NCBI RefSeq assembly: GCF_000150275.1
Contig: NW_002060943.1
Span: forward strand, 3,554,008-3,618,007
Reading direction: 5' to 3'
Length of the DNA: 64,000 nt
Source: Trichoplax adhaerens
Lineage: Eukaryota > Animalia > Placozoa
Below, in pieces: positions 43,195 to 62,719 of this stretch. A program made the position numbers and the translations under genes. Below the pieces are notes generated by a model, which worked only from the letters and a program-made list of their open reading frames with translations, was not told where the DNA came from and ran no database searches. The first letter of the stretch is position 1, and every line of letters begins with the position of its first letter.

Positions 43195-44110
43195 TAAGAA
43201 TAGCTGTCTTTCTCACTTGTTTTAACAGTAGCATTATTGACGATAGAACAGAACTAATGTATCCATGCCGATAATTTGGCCGTTTTGAGCTTGGATTATG
43301 ATATAAGGTCTGTAATAAAGTAAAATGAATTTAGAATGAAGGTGATCTTACGAAAAGGTTTCTTCCTCACTTGGCTCTACAATAGTATTATTGACCATAG
43401 AACAGAACTAACGTTTTCATAGAGCGATTGTAGCTGTTTTGTATTTAGACTATGAAATAAGGTCTGTAATAAAGTAAAATGAGTTTAGATCGGAATCGAT
43501 CTTTATAAAAAGGTTTCTTTCTCACTTGGTTCTACAATACTATTATTGACGATAAAGTAGAGGGAACGTTTTCATATGGAGATTGTAGCTGTTTTGAATT
43601 TAGACTATGAAATAAGACCTGCAATAAAATTAAATGACACTAGAGCGAAATTCATAGCAAGGACAGTTTTCTTTCTTCTTTGGTTCTACTGTAGGACTAT
43701 TTACTATGCTACAGGACCGAGTTAATTTATCTGCATGAATGTTTAGCTATTGCTAAGTTTTAAGTGTTGGCATGAAGGGCCTATAAAAATATAAATTTAG
43801 ATCGAAATCCATACAAAGAGCACCTTATTTTTCTCATGACGTCTTACGCAAGTATAGTAGTTATTGATAGCAAGAGCTAATTTATCTATATGAATGTTTA
43901 ACTATTGCTAACATTTGAGTGTTGGCATGAAATAAGACCTATAAAAATATGAATTTAGATCGAAATCCATGCAAGGAGTGCCTTGTTTTTCTCATGAGGT
44001 TTTACACAAGCATGGTAGTTATTGATAACGAGAGTATATCGTAGCTCACGGTATTAAGCATAAATAAACGTGAATATTGAAGTTTTGACCAAGAAATAAG
44101 ATCCGCAATA
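43195..44110. repeat. ~155-bp degenerate tandem repeat, ~6 copies
   Basis: Recurring TTTCTCACTTG..TATTATTGAC..TAGAACAGAACTAA..ATAAGGTCTGTAATAAAGTAAAATGA.TTTAGA near 43208, 43363, 43518, 43670, 43830 and 43988. Confidence 0.75.
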
Positions 44111-45507
44111 ATACGAGTTTACATTGAAATGAATTTAAAGAAAGACTTTATTCCCGATTGATTCTAAAAAGTTTTGTTAATATTTCTTCATGACTCCAAT
44201 AGCATGTTAGCTTAGGCACTCGCATAATATAATTTATTAAATATTTGCCGTCTTATTCCACAATGAGGCAAGATTATCTTATATATTTTTCAATATCGAT
44301 CATCTTTGCTTATTATCATAACGTCATGTACTATTGGGCGCCATCTCTTTTCTCTAATGGTGATGAAGTCGGTAAAGAAAGGGAGTAGCCTTCTATTCTA
44401 TTGATCAATTTTATCCGCGTGTATACTGTATAGACTTACTTTCTCAGTTGCCATCAAAGATATGCAACGCCTAATTCATCACCACATGATTTGTATATGT
44501 GTAGATCTAATTGCATATAATTAAGCAGCAAAAACAATTACATCTTCATTAGATGTTGTGCACTATTAATGCGATAGTAAATCATTAATCAAATAGTAAA
44601 AGTCTTTCTAACCCATTGTAATGGAATTATTAGAACACGTTAATACTATTTTCATGGGCCGGTCAGCTGGGCTGCGAAAAATGCGAAATGACTTTGAATC
44701 GGACTAATCCAACGTTTATTAGCCAGCAAGAAAGAAGAGCCAGTCACGTTGATAAAAGTTAGTTATGCAAACTCTGATGGAATCAGTACATATGTGCGCG
44801 TATAAATTAGTTTGGAGTGCCTGGTTCGGCTAGTATACATATCTAATTAATTAAAGACATGTATTAATTAGATAGGCTATGGGCTACATGATGTAATTAG
44901 ACTTCTATTACTATTTGGATTTAGCTGCGGGTGGCTTAACCGAATCCTATTGTGTTTAATTCACCTCTAATACTGATTTGTATTTATTTATTTATTTATT
45001 TGTATTTATGCAACTATTTCAGACCCACGATGTCGTCGTTGTTATTGAAGCTATTAATCGAAGCGGTTTGAAGAGAATGGGAAAATATTTCTAAGCTTAT
45101 TCAAACCTTTATCACAATACAGAATGAATTGGCTAATTTAGCATCGTTGTCATTCCAAGGTTATGATGAGATTGGTTAATGTAAATGTCGGTATCTACTG
45201 GTTAATACGAAAAGGATGATTTCCTAAAGGACATTACTGCATTCAATAATAATTTATGACTAAGCCAATATGATAGATAAAGTCGTCTGCACTTCGTTGA
45301 AAATATTTCGACGCCTATTGAATACGAATGGAGCATTTTCTGACTTTAGTTATCCACTATGTCTTCAAAATCCGACGAGATAATGTTATACAATCACGAT
45401 AGGTACATATGACAAGAATGAATTCATCATCCTTGCTCATTCTAAGCTAGCATTCGTGTACTACAGTACTTGAAATTGAAAGAAATAGAGGAATGATAAT
45501 TACAGTA

Positions 45508-46161
45508 TGCTACGGAGTTTGATGCTCCGTGATAAGTGGCTAGCAGTAAAGTTGCTAATGAGAATGACTGTAAAGATTATACTTAATCTTGCAAAATAGT
45601 ATCGAGTTATTAAAAATATTATTAAAGATTATAAAGTCATAGACCACAATCCTCATTTGGTAATTGATTATTATTATTATTTATGACTTTGTAATATATT
45701 GACTGTTATTAATCAATTACGCCGAATTGGGCAATATAACTCAAAATGCGATATTGTACCACTGTAGTATGATAATTAAGTGAATCTGCTAATTAATATT
45801 ATTAACTAGCCAGATTTAGTAATCAACACTCGGTCTAGTCTATAGTAAATCTGTAATGCGTATTATATAATTTAATGTGATAGATTAGCACCGGGGTATT
45901 TGTGTGACATAGAAGATTGTATAAAAGCCTGATTATTAATTTTTCAATCTTAGTTCCACGAAGGCTACGCTAGAGTACACTGGTACAAAGTTGCAATAGC
46001 TGGTAATAAAATATTTAATAACCTAAACCTATCGTTGGACTCGTTGTCTATGGTATAGGAATAAGTTAGTTTTCCTTTACTGAGGATCTCCGGAGTTAGT
46101 CGGGGAACCTTTAGAGTAGATAGTTTAGTTTAGGAACGATCGCGAAAGTTGTTTTGTGACA
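45508..46161 (+). mobile_element. Putative solo LTR (654 bp)
   Basis: TGCTAC...GTGACA termini flanked by an exact 5-bp direct repeat CAGTA (45503-45507 / 46162-46166). Internal TATAAAAG (~45920) is followed by AATAAA (~46005). Shares the GCACC.GG.GT...TGAC...TATAAAAG.CTG block with the element at 50826. Confidence 0.65.
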
Positions 46162-49100
46162 CAGTATTAGTCATTTTTCAATTTCTGTATAGTATTTTTA
46201 CATCTTTAGACAGCATACAGTATATAGTATCGCCATGACAGGGTGAATTAAAACCGTATAATGACCCAAGATGTATCTATATATATCCAGTTCAGCCCAT
46301 GTTACTTCCTCGTAGTACTTCAATCAACAAGATTTCAAAAATTAAAAGCGATAGAAAATACAAACTATCATATCTGGGATTCTTTGTTCTTTAATATAAT
46401 ATCTTCTGATATTAGCTACGCCTATATTGCCATGATACGGCGAGATTAAATTGGAAATGATCAGTATTTGGCGTTATACGAGCTCGTACAGCAGATAGGA
46501 TGCTGCAGACCCGTCACATTACTATCGCTGCAAATCTTAGCTTATAATAGTTGCATCAAAACTCAATATTACTGATCCAATTTCTATTGTCCAGATAGAG
46601 TCGAATACTGAAAGGTAGAAATATGTGTTTAACGTTGTTAGAAAAGAAGCGAGGAATAATTGGATATTAATAAAATTAGTGAGCAAAGTAACCTTTTTTT
46701 AATACAACTTTATACAGCTTTATTTTAATACAGACATGTCTACGTTAGTATGTATTGTGAAGTATGCTATAACATGGATTACTAGGCATGCATCTAATAG
46801 CTCATGGGTATAGTGATATGAGTGCATCTTTGCGATGGCAAGTCGCTTTTCCAGTACCTGATGTTAGTCTTGGTCCTGGATTCCTTTCAGGAACACTTAT
46901 ACCAGTTCTTGCAACAGCCATAGTTTCCTGATTGACGTGATGAAAAGGAACTAGTACCGCTTCTTATCGTTGCTTGTATATAAATCAACTAAGGAAATAT
47001 AGCATTAAAATTATTGATTAATTTACTCCTCCATTTTTCTCATTTACGATAATCGATAATTGAACCAACAGTATTAAGCCATATATTCCATACGGTTATA
47101 TAATCTGTGTTCGCATGCTATTGAAATTATGATAGGCAGTAATTTGTATAAAGTAGGGGCAGTTATCGAATTACTTTTTCTCCAAGCTTACAAACTTTAT
47201 ATAATTTATCAATCTTATTTACCACTTTAAGTTTTGTTCAATATCATTGATCTTGAAAGCAACGAAAGTATAATTATATGAGTAGTACTACAACCTATAA
47301 TGTCCATAGATTTTCCTTTAATTAATTACACGATTGCAATACAGTCGTTGAAACCTGATATATCAAGATTATTTCATGAGCCAAGCAAGCAAATTTATAA
47401 TATCTTTACCCTCTGTTCGTTAATATCGTGTTATGCTATTAGAAATTGAAATTAATGATTAATTATGTCATTAAATCAAGGTCAGCAAGATTCTAGAAAT
47501 TATACTTATTGATTTTTTGAATTAGGATAAATTTTTGTATTTAAAGTAAAGTTACAACAATAAATTCTTTAAAAATAATCGAAGGAAGTTTGTTAGCGTA
47601 TAATTATACCGTGTCACCCATAGACCGTAATTAAGGCATTAATTCATGTCGGAATGAGTTCCTTCTAAACATTTTATACTAACGGTTTTAATAAAACGAT
47701 TATTTAATTCAATATTTTAAAATTGTTACGTCATATTCTAATAGGAATGTGCTATCGATGCAAAATGGTTAGGTTAAGTAGCTTTGATCATTTCCTTTAT
47801 TACTCTTTTAATGAGCAAATAATAAATATAATATGACGTAATAATTTGTGCTAAATGAGGAAATTATAGTTCTATGTTAGGATTTAGTGCGAAATTGCTC
47901 ATTTCTTTAATAACAGATAGGCATTGTTACTTATTTAGACATAAGTTACGTATATATTTTGAATGCCAATTTTTAAACCCGTTTATCATTGCTCGAAATA
48001 TAAGCAATGCATCATGGCTTACAGATACAATATGTCGATAATATTTCAAATTTTTAGAGCTAAAGTTTGTTATGTATATCATCTACTAGTCAATATTAAA
48101 TTATATTCCTAGAGCTATTTAATCGCTACCTACATGTTTTCAACTATACACTAAGTTTATATCTTTCAGCTATGTTGCAGAGTTTACAGGTACGAGTTAC
48201 AATACGTACTATTTCATATTCAAAGTTACGTTTATAGGGCTACTTAATCTCTGTTTACACCTTTTCAGCTGTGGACTATATCATATTAAATTTCATTTTT
48301 AGAACTATTTTATTGTTTTATTCTTTCAGCTATGCTCCGAAAATTACAATTATAAAAATCGATCACATTACTATTCCTTTTTGAATTTTATATTCTGAAG
48401 CTAATTAGTTAATGTTTTGTGTATTAACTGCAATATTTCAACGCTTACAGCTATGAACTGCTGCACTATTCTATATCGAATATTTCATTTCAACAGCTTG
48501 TTTGTCATCACTGCTATATTTCAATCAAGACTCTGATGACAAGAGGTTTGACTGGTAACTATGGTATAGTATACATTTTTATGTAAAGAAAACTAAAAGG
48601 TATTGCAGAATTACACAAAGTAGGACAACAGAATATCTCTAGCAAGAGAAGTAAACAAGCAGTTTTATATAAAAGTTCTTTGAAATGATCGTAAAAATTG
48701 CCTGAACTTTCAATAGAATTTGGTTAGTTGGCAGTAGTATAATTTTGAGAAGTAGATTAAATCAATCATTAGGTATTAGATCATATGTGTTAGATTCAAG
48801 TAGTAAATTAATGAAGCGATCTGATTAATTGTGTATCAAATAATAAATTGTCGTAATCTAGGTTATTTAACGCTCTTGGATTTTAAAATAGAAGCTAGAA
48901 TTTACTCAGAGTGTTACGGTCGATTTTTAAATGTAAGTATAATGCTACAGATACTTAATATATATTTTGCTGGGAAGAAACGATCGTAAATTCATGACAC
49001 ATTAATTATATTATCTAAGAATAATTTAAATATTGAAATATTAAGAATATACGATACTTCAGGTTCAGATGTCTATCAGAGCATGCTTTGGGTAAGTATT

Positions 49101-50291
49101 TCATAGATTTTGAGGTTCATGAAATTTCTGCAATAGCTTTCATTTTTAATTCTACATTAAAGTACTGTAGATATCATGATTATGATTTTATTTGAAATTT
49201 AGATTGAAATGCGTATTAAATACATCAATCTTGTTCAGAGATGATGGTTCTGGTCGTCTATTAGATCTACTATATTGCAAATCAACGCTAATTTATCGTA
49301 TAAGTAGTCAATTTTATCAATACCTGCAAGTCATTTGACATAAATCTTTAGAATTTTGATATTAAAAGTGTAAATTGTATAAATTATCTCAATTAATTGA
49401 AATTAAAATCTTAGAATCAGTGAATCGTGAATTTAGCGATAGTCTAGAAGACTTAAGGTCTTCAACACCTTCAGTTATATCTAAAATAATAAAACATACG
49501 ACATCGTCCGATTACGTAAGACTGATCAGAAACCATGTAATTCCATTAAAGCTTCATCTTAAAAGCCTCAGGTAAGAAATTCATTGTTATTGATAAATAA
49601 ATAATTTTACGAGTCCAAAATTTTTTCAGTCCTTTAAAATAAAATTTTTTCTTTTTCTAATTTCTTACAGCCTTCAGCTATCTTCAAAAAGGCATAAACT
49701 TCATAAAATCACCAGATTATATAAGGACCATCTGAAATTATATAGTACGATTATAACTCCATCTACAGGCTTCAAGTTTGTATCAAATTCACTGTTATCG
49801 ATAAGCAAACAATTTTAAGAGCAATATATTTTCTCGCTACCCTAAGAATACAATTTTCACTTTTTCTAATTTCTTGCAGCTTTAAGCTATCTAGTAGGGT
49901 GATGCTATATAAAACATTAAACTTTATGAAAATAGTTTATACAAACTAAACTAGAATCATGTAACATGGTTATAAATTCTATCTACAAGTCTAAGATTAG
50001 CATTAAATCCACTGTTGTGGATGAATAGATAGTTTCTGGAGTAACACTGTGATTAAGAATGAAATTCTCTATTTCCCAATTTCTTACTTCTAACCGAAGG
50101 CAATACTCATTGTCAGTGATTTATAACTAAAGTAAGTACCTAAGATCAATAAAACTTTTATCGTATTCTATGTCTGATTCGTTTATACTGATTGTCAAAG
50201 ATGTGGTTTACTACCATTCTGAATTTAAAGTCTATCTCGTTATGACATTGAACGAATGGGAGCAAAACATTAATTCGTCTTCAGCTAATAT

Positions 50292-52045
50292 ATCTGGTAT
50301 TCATTTTCCAACTAAAAGGTGGAATTTTTACTACTTTCAATTTAAATTGATTTACGAGACAGAAAAGTCGAATTTGTCACACTTTTACATCACAAAAACA
50401 GGAATCGATGTTAATACTTACATTCCGTAATATATTGATTTATTTCTTTTACGTCAGAGGGTAGAAAATATCTTGCAATAGAGGCTCGATTAGCGTTACT
50501 TTATAATAGCTGGAAAAATAGACTTAAAACGAGAAGCTATTGAGAAAGTTAATGGTAAGACATTTAGTAAAATAGGTTAGACTTATTGCACCATACGGTA
50601 GGGCAGTACTTATGGTCTATTGTCTATACAGTCTAATTCTTGTTGATAAAATATGCAAAGTAAAATTACTTCTATACGTTGTGATATGATACAATCACTA
50701 ATTTAAAATGGCCGCCTAAAAACAATACTAGTAAAATTTACCATTGCCTCCATTTACTTTCGATTATTTATGACGACAATATCCATTAAAAATGAATTAT
50801 ATTTTGATATATATGTATTCTATATTGTTACGATGCGTAAGCTCGTCCTAATTATTGAGTAATATTAAATATTGCTTGTGTTATAACTTTAAAAGGATAC
50901 TTTTATATTATGTGCACCAGGAGTTTCTGACGAGACTATAAAAGGCTGGTGCCTGAAGATTCCTTTTTAGTTAGTCGGTTGGATAGTCAACTAGTTTTTC
51001 AATTGATATTTAATTGTAAGACTATAATCTTGGGTGCCAAGATTCCTTCAGTAATAAATGATAGTAAATCTCTGACTATCTCGTCTACATCATCTGTGAC
51101 GCTATAATTATACCATAGTATTCGGTCGTTGGAACTGAATTATTTGGTGATATAGCTAATCTCGCCTCTTTAAGTTAGTAAGTGGCGTTCTCCGCAAGGA
51201 TTGGCGTGTGTAGACTACTTTGTCACTAGTGGTGTGTGACATATATGTACATATAAAAGACAGTACTGTAAGCTCTTCATTGGGTGGCAATCAAAAATCG
51301 TCTATAATTGTATTTTCCTAACAGATTATTTGGTAAATAAGATTCTGCAGTTTCGTAGATCGCAATCTGTCTGTTTAGATTTAAAAGTTATTTATATTTC
51401 ATTTTCGAAAATGAAAGTTTATTATTCTATAGGATAGGAGAGTTTAAGAGGGTTTTGCTTGATTGTCGCTGTAAATAATTGAACTTTAGAATATTTACAT
51501 ATTATTGCTCTAAGTATCATTAATAGACTTCTACGAGAGATTTAAGTAAAGCATTTCTATCTTGACACAGCAAATACCAGTTATTTCTGGATATCTCCTG
51601 TTACAAACCGAATTTGCGAAGAGGAAAATTCAAACTAACTACTATAAGAAAATTAACACGGCGAGCTCAGCGTCAGATTTGTCTTCCCTAACATCTACAT
51701 CACCACGATTTTAAAAACTGATAAACTCTCTATCATCACGAAACTACAGTAAACTACAACTCTACAGAGAAAACTGAGCCCAAAGTTATTTAAAAAATCA
51801 ATCGATTTATAGTAAGTCTGCATAAATATTAGTTTCCAGTTCATAAATAAAATTATACAACTATGCAATTATCTATTAAAGACTTATAAAACGCCAAAGA
51901 TAAATTAATTATGTTACGGCTACTATGCAGAAGTTACTCAGTAATATATCCATAATTTTAACTTTAATAAGCACTGAGAAGAGACAATTCTAAATTTCCG
52001 AGATGAAATGTCCTTGTAATATTTAAGGAAACAGTTTCTGAGTTA
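50292..52045 (+). repeat. Copy 1 of a recent ~1.3-kb direct duplication (interrupted by a solo LTR)
   Basis: Near-identical to 54535-55855 apart from scattered substitutions, small indels and the 50826-51241 insertion. Confidence 0.93.
50826..51241 (+). mobile_element. Solo LTR (416 bp)
   Basis: TGTTAC...GTGACA inverted termini and 5-bp TSD TATAT (50821-50825 / 51242-51246). Internal TATAAAAGG (~50937) and AATAAA (~51053). Absent from the paralogous site near 55045. Confidence 0.8.
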
Positions 52046-54534
52046 AAACTTGGAAGTGGAATCTTAAATTTATTGGTAGACAGGTAAATTTTATATTTCC
52101 TGATACATGGTATTTCAATCAATTGACTTACAAAATTCAGTAATTTTGATAGGTATTGGATGTTTGAGTTCTTACGTTATTTTTGGTAGTTTCAACGATT
52201 AATCGTTACCGTTTCATTTCGTATAACCTGTCGCTGACAAAATTTCGCCATTTCCTAGCTTTACTAAGCATACTGTTGAAATGAAGCATGATGATCAGGG
52301 GTGAATGTACTTGGCGTTCTATCTCTTCTAGTTTATAGAGAAGCTCTACATTGAATTAGTGATTATAATACTATACTTAGGATAAAGCGTCTAGGCAAAT
52401 ATCAGTTTATATAACACATTTTGCAGCCACAAAATGTAATGCTTTAATTCCGAACGTAAAGTAAATAAATTTTATTGCATTATGAATTTGTGATATGTAA
52501 GGGAGTAATTGCCATATTACTTTTATTGTTCCTTTGCAATACATGTATAATATTCTAATCAGCATTATAGAGTAATCGGATGTTAATAAAATGTTGTCAA
52601 ATTATGCAAAGTAAACTTGCAAATGAGTGTTCAATCATAATATTACTGCTCAGCAATGGTTAATATAATTTTAATCTGTCCAGTAGCATTATTCTTCACA
52701 TTAGGATATGTAGAACAGATATTATAATTGCCGAATTACTATCAAAGACTGTAATAAGGTTTCATCCGTGAATGCATTATTGAAAAGTAGTATTCTACAA
52801 CTATAGGATTGAAGATTTTATGTTAGAGTACGGATGACCATATCTAGTAGGGAGTTGAGTCATTAATTATTGACGCTAGAGGTAAAAAGTAGATACGTAA
52901 CTCATACATTAGGATATACTTAGTTCATCATATTTTGACTAGTAGAAATAATATATACCTAAATACTAAGTGATCATTACACCGGATTATATAAACGGAT
53001 TTCAGAAGTATGCATAGTTTTCCCCTCTCACTCTCCGTTTGGCCGTGATGGTATTACAAAAAATTCGGCTTCTACTTCATTGAAGCTGCCAACTCTACGA
53101 TAAGTATGTAAGCAGGCAACTTTTTTAGATTAATCAGTAGTTTTTCCATAAGTCTTTCTAGCCGTTGTATTCAGCTGGAGTAGAACTGTGTGCAGATTCT
53201 CTTTGGATCTAGATCGAACAAGGTTCTAATTTTTTATCAATTTTGGAATTCCGTAATCAGTTAAATCACGCATAAAAATGATGATACAGCACAATACAGT
53301 ATTACTTCTATCCCTTTTTATATCGTGTTTTCATATACTACGTTGCGGTCAATTTTAGAAATTGCAAATAAAGCCTTCATATTATCTTAATTGATCAAAA
53401 CTTTTGATAGAGTTAAGACAATTTTCAACGTAAACACTGATGTCTAGGATAGCCTGTACCAACAATGTTTCGCTACATTCACTATTCGAACGCGATACTA
53501 TAGATGCTATTCCAAAATCATTCAGATGTTTCAGATACTTGCTATTATTTTATAACAAAATAAAGAGCTGATAATACCAACATTCTAGAGTAAGTTGGTT
53601 ACAGTATTTTTAAAAACCATTAAGATGTATGATTCTGTTTTATAACAAAACGAAGAGTTGGCGAAATCAACATTCAATAGTAATTGATAGACTGTATTCT
53701 AAACGATTCATACCCAAATTTTTATTTTATTACAAAATGGGGAACTGGCTACATCAACATTTAAAAGTACGGTAGTCAGCATCTCTATGCTCAAAATGAA
53801 TAAGCAAGCCAATAAAATTGAGAACGTATTACAGACGCCTAATCTCTCATTCGATCATTTATTCTGTGTATTCTTATAAAAATGTAGAATGTAATCTTGT
53901 CTAACGGTCTACAGCAGTCGTTTAGATATTACCCAAATAAATTAAGTGATATTGATTTTTGATACCAAAAACATGACCTTTTCTAATATTGAGTACTATT
54001 CATTAATTACTTTAGGAAAATTAGTTAAGCTAGTAAACAGAAGATGAATTATAATTAACCAAGAAAAATTAATCAATCTATTAAGTAGAAAATGAAGTAT
54101 AATGATCATAGGAAGAAATAGAATACGACGGAACATAAAGATTATAGATAGCAGTAAGATGATTCCAGTTCTAGTTGATGATAGTTGAATTAGGCAACCT
54201 ACGAGCTTAGATTAAGATTAAGTATGAGTAAGAGATTCAAAATATTTACTGATAAAAAAGCTATGTAAGGAACATCTCAGTTCAAGATGTTTCTCCTAGT
54301 AAGGTATAATAATAATACTGTTGTTGTTTACAAATTAGACGGTTCCTATATAAACGGGAACATTTGAGTTAAGTGGTGTGGTAAAATGTTGTAGATGTAT
54401 CTTTGTTAATAAAAGTTTCATTTTTACAGTATTTTGCTATGTGTGTTTAACGTTAAGTAAAAGGGTATTTAATTCAGTAGCTACTTATAGACTTTTACTG
54501 TACGTTGCCTTGTCGCAGAAGTGAAATTGTGACA

Positions 54535-55855
54535 ATCTGGCATTCGTTTTCCAATTAAAAGGTGGAATGTTTACTACTTTCAATTTAAATTGATTTACGA
54601 GACAGAAAAGTCGAATTTGTCACACTTTTACATCACAAAAACAGGAATCGATATTAATACTTACATTCCGTGATATATTGATTTATTTCTTTTATGTCAG
54701 AGGGTAGAAAATATCTTGCAATAGAGGCTCGATTAGCGTTACTTTATAATAGCTGGAAAAATAGACTTAAAACGAAAAGCTATTGAGAAAGTTAATGGTA
54801 AGACATTTAGTAAAATAGGTTAGACTTATTGCACCATACGGTAGGGCAGTACTTATGGTCTACACAGTCTAATTCTTGTCGATGAAATATGCAAAGTAAA
54901 ATTACTTCTATACGTTGTGATATGATACAATCACTAATTTAAAATGGCCGCCTAATAACAATACTAGTTAAAATTTACCATTGCCTCCATTTATTTTCGA
55001 TTATTTATGACGACAATATCCATTAAAAATGAATTATATTTTGATATATAAATATGTACATATAAAAGACAGTACTGTAAGCTCTTCATTGGGTGGCAAT
55101 CAAATATCGTCTATAATTGTATTTTCCTAACAGATTATTTGGTAAATAAGATTCTGCAGTTTGGTAGATCGCAATCTGTCTGTTTAGATTTAAAAGTTAT
55201 TTATATTTCATTTTCGAAAATGAAAATTTATTATTCTATAGGATAGGAGAGTTTAAGAGGGTTTTGCTTGATTGTCGCTGTAAATAATTGAACTTTAGAA
55301 TATTTACATATTATTGCTCTAAGTATCATTAACAGACTTCTACGAGAGATTTAGGTAAAGTATTTCTATCTTGACACAGCAAATACCAGTTATTTCTGGA
55401 TATCTCCTGTTACAAACCGAATTTGCGAAGAGGAAAATTCAAACTAACTACTATAAGAAAATTAACACGGCGAGCTCAGCGTCAGATTTGTCTTCCCTAA
55501 CATCTACATCACCACGATTTTAAAAACTGATAAACTCTCTATCATCACGAAACTACAGTAAACTGCAAGTCTTCAGAGAAAACTGAGTCCAAAGTTAGTT
55601 AAAAAAATCAATCGATTTATAGTAAGTCTGCATAAATATTAGTTTCCAGTTCATAAATAAAATTATACAACTATGCAATTATCTATTAAAGACTTATAAA
55701 ACGCCAAAGATAAATTAATTATGTTACGGCTACTATGCAGAAGTTACTCAGTAATATATCCATAATTTTAACTTTAATAAGCATTGAGAAGAGGCGATTC
55801 TAAATTTCCGAGATGAAATGTCCTTGTAATATTTAAGGAAACAGTTTCTGAGTTA
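54535..55855 (+). repeat. Copy 2 of the ~1.3-kb direct duplication (empty LTR site)
   Basis: Aligns end to end with 50292-52045 once the LTR is removed. Confidence 0.93.
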
Positions 55856-57910
55856 TAAACGAATGGAGCCAATACCGAAATCCGAATTAATTCGCATGTT
55901 TATTGGTGCTTGTGGGATGTTTATTAAGAAAGAATTTCTATCTTATCAATATACGCAGTTAATGCCAGCCATCTCTAGTGGTATCCATAACTATAATTTT
56001 GGTGAGATCTTAGAAAAAACCAATTTCTAATTAATTTGTGAAGATGTAGTGCTATCCTTGAAAAAATTAAAGAAAGAATTTTGCATTACTAGCCAATATA
56101 CGAGTTAATACTGACGTCTGAACTTATTTGCATGCTTACTATTGCTTATGGGATATTTTAGGAGGATTTCAACCTTGCAGGTCTATACAATCAACAGTAG
56201 CTACCTCCAGTTTATTTGCATAATTATAATTTCTGATGGGATTGAGAAGGATGGTTTCTAGTTATTTTATAAAGGTAATCTGTCGTCCTTAAAGTATTTA
56301 TTACAGAAGAATTTCTGCGTTATGAGCGAATATTGTCACGTATACATGCACGTAAATGTACTCGTATATCCCTTATAATTCCTTTAAAGTATTCAAGAAA
56401 AGGCCATAAATGTATATAATCAGCTTACATAAATTCTATCGCAATACTTCTACTCATGTGCAACGCTTATAATTTCTGTGAAGGGATATGGAAAGAGTAT
56501 TTATATGAAGGATTAGAAACGAAACGTGCGTAGTATCATGTAAATAATGTGATTATTATTCTACTGCGATTGCCAAATGATATGCTTGATAATTTCTTCT
56601 ACTATTCATACTTTGTAGTTTTTCGTAGTGTTTGTCACATAAGGATTTCTACTCTGAGTGTAGTTTTCTAACACTGACAAATTCTTCTATTGATTGACGA
56701 GTATGTTCTTACTATTTTCCCATGAAATACTGCGGAGAATTTCTGGCTAACGAATACAGATACAGTAATTGGCTTACATACTTAATTATTAATTTACATA
56801 CAGTGCGGTAGTTCTGAAAGATATTCCTGTTCAATTTTTAGAATGAAATACCATCGCGTTAGCTAACCACTAACATAATGAACTCAAAAAATGCTCAGCC
56901 TATATATATACTGTATAGCTATGACTAGAAATATATACCGTAATTGTACTGTACATTAGATCTTACCAGGTATACTCACTACTCAGTTACTAATTACAAC
57001 GACGATAAGTGAAAGTTTCATACTGGCAGTTTACAAACAGTTTAATTTTGCAATCTTCTTCTTACATTATCACGCAAGCTTTAACTTAGTCAAAAATAGA
57101 AATAATCGCATTACAGTTGTTATAGGAAGGTTGTAACAGGATACCATGAAGCTTAGTGACATATACGAAATAAATTTAAATATATACCTAGATATATCTT
57201 TGATATTATATATGATATTTTGGACTATAGTATTTAAGGAAGAAGATGATAAAAATCGCTTATATGCACAGAGTAAATAACCATTAGCTGGCTTATCGCC
57301 ATCATGCACTAACAATGTAACAAGCGCATTTGGTAGCAAGCTATGGTAATATATTTAAATACGAAATGCATAAACGGCTAATACTTAAATCAGTGGTATT
57401 TACAAAGCAAAAGCATGGCTGATGTCATCCAGTGATATGCCTTAATAATACCAATCTTACAGTGCAAAATCTAATACAAAATTTGACCTTGCACATGAAA
57501 ATACTCAAAGTAGTAAATTATGCCATAGATATCTGATATCTCTAGTAATACGATTAACAATAAACAACAGTAAGTAAAAATAATCACTGCTCGAGAATAA
57601 ATGATAATGCTGGCAATAGTATGATACATTATTTTTATATATGATAGCAGCTTCTATAGCAATACTTACCTTTAATTATAAATCGAATAATTTTTAAACA
57701 TTTTCTATCATACAAGCTCGTAAATATAAACAATGATACTAATTAATTAATGAAAGGCTAAGCAAGTTGCATATTTTCTGTAACGCTGTTTCAGATACTA
57801 ATTAATTATTAAAGAGAAACGTTATTTTACATTTCATGTTATCTGATGACTAAAGAAATGTAGCGGTAGTGATTATCCAAGACTAATGGCTGAGTTCTTG
57901 GACCCAAGTT

Positions 57911-62583
<4,673 letters not shown>

Positions 62584-62719
62584 GACTTGAAAATTGAACT
62601 CACTAATTCTAATTGGATGAAATTGTAATCATATCACGTAGAAAGGGAGGAAAGAAAAAAAACTTGGCAAAGGATATGAATCAAGAATAACAACTTGAAC
62701 TTCAAGCTCCTGCCTAGTA

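Noticed and set aside
49375-50430. ORFs 49375-49575 and 50170-50430
   Set aside because: No homology cues. The latter runs into the duplicated non-coding segment, and its start is not present in the second copy.
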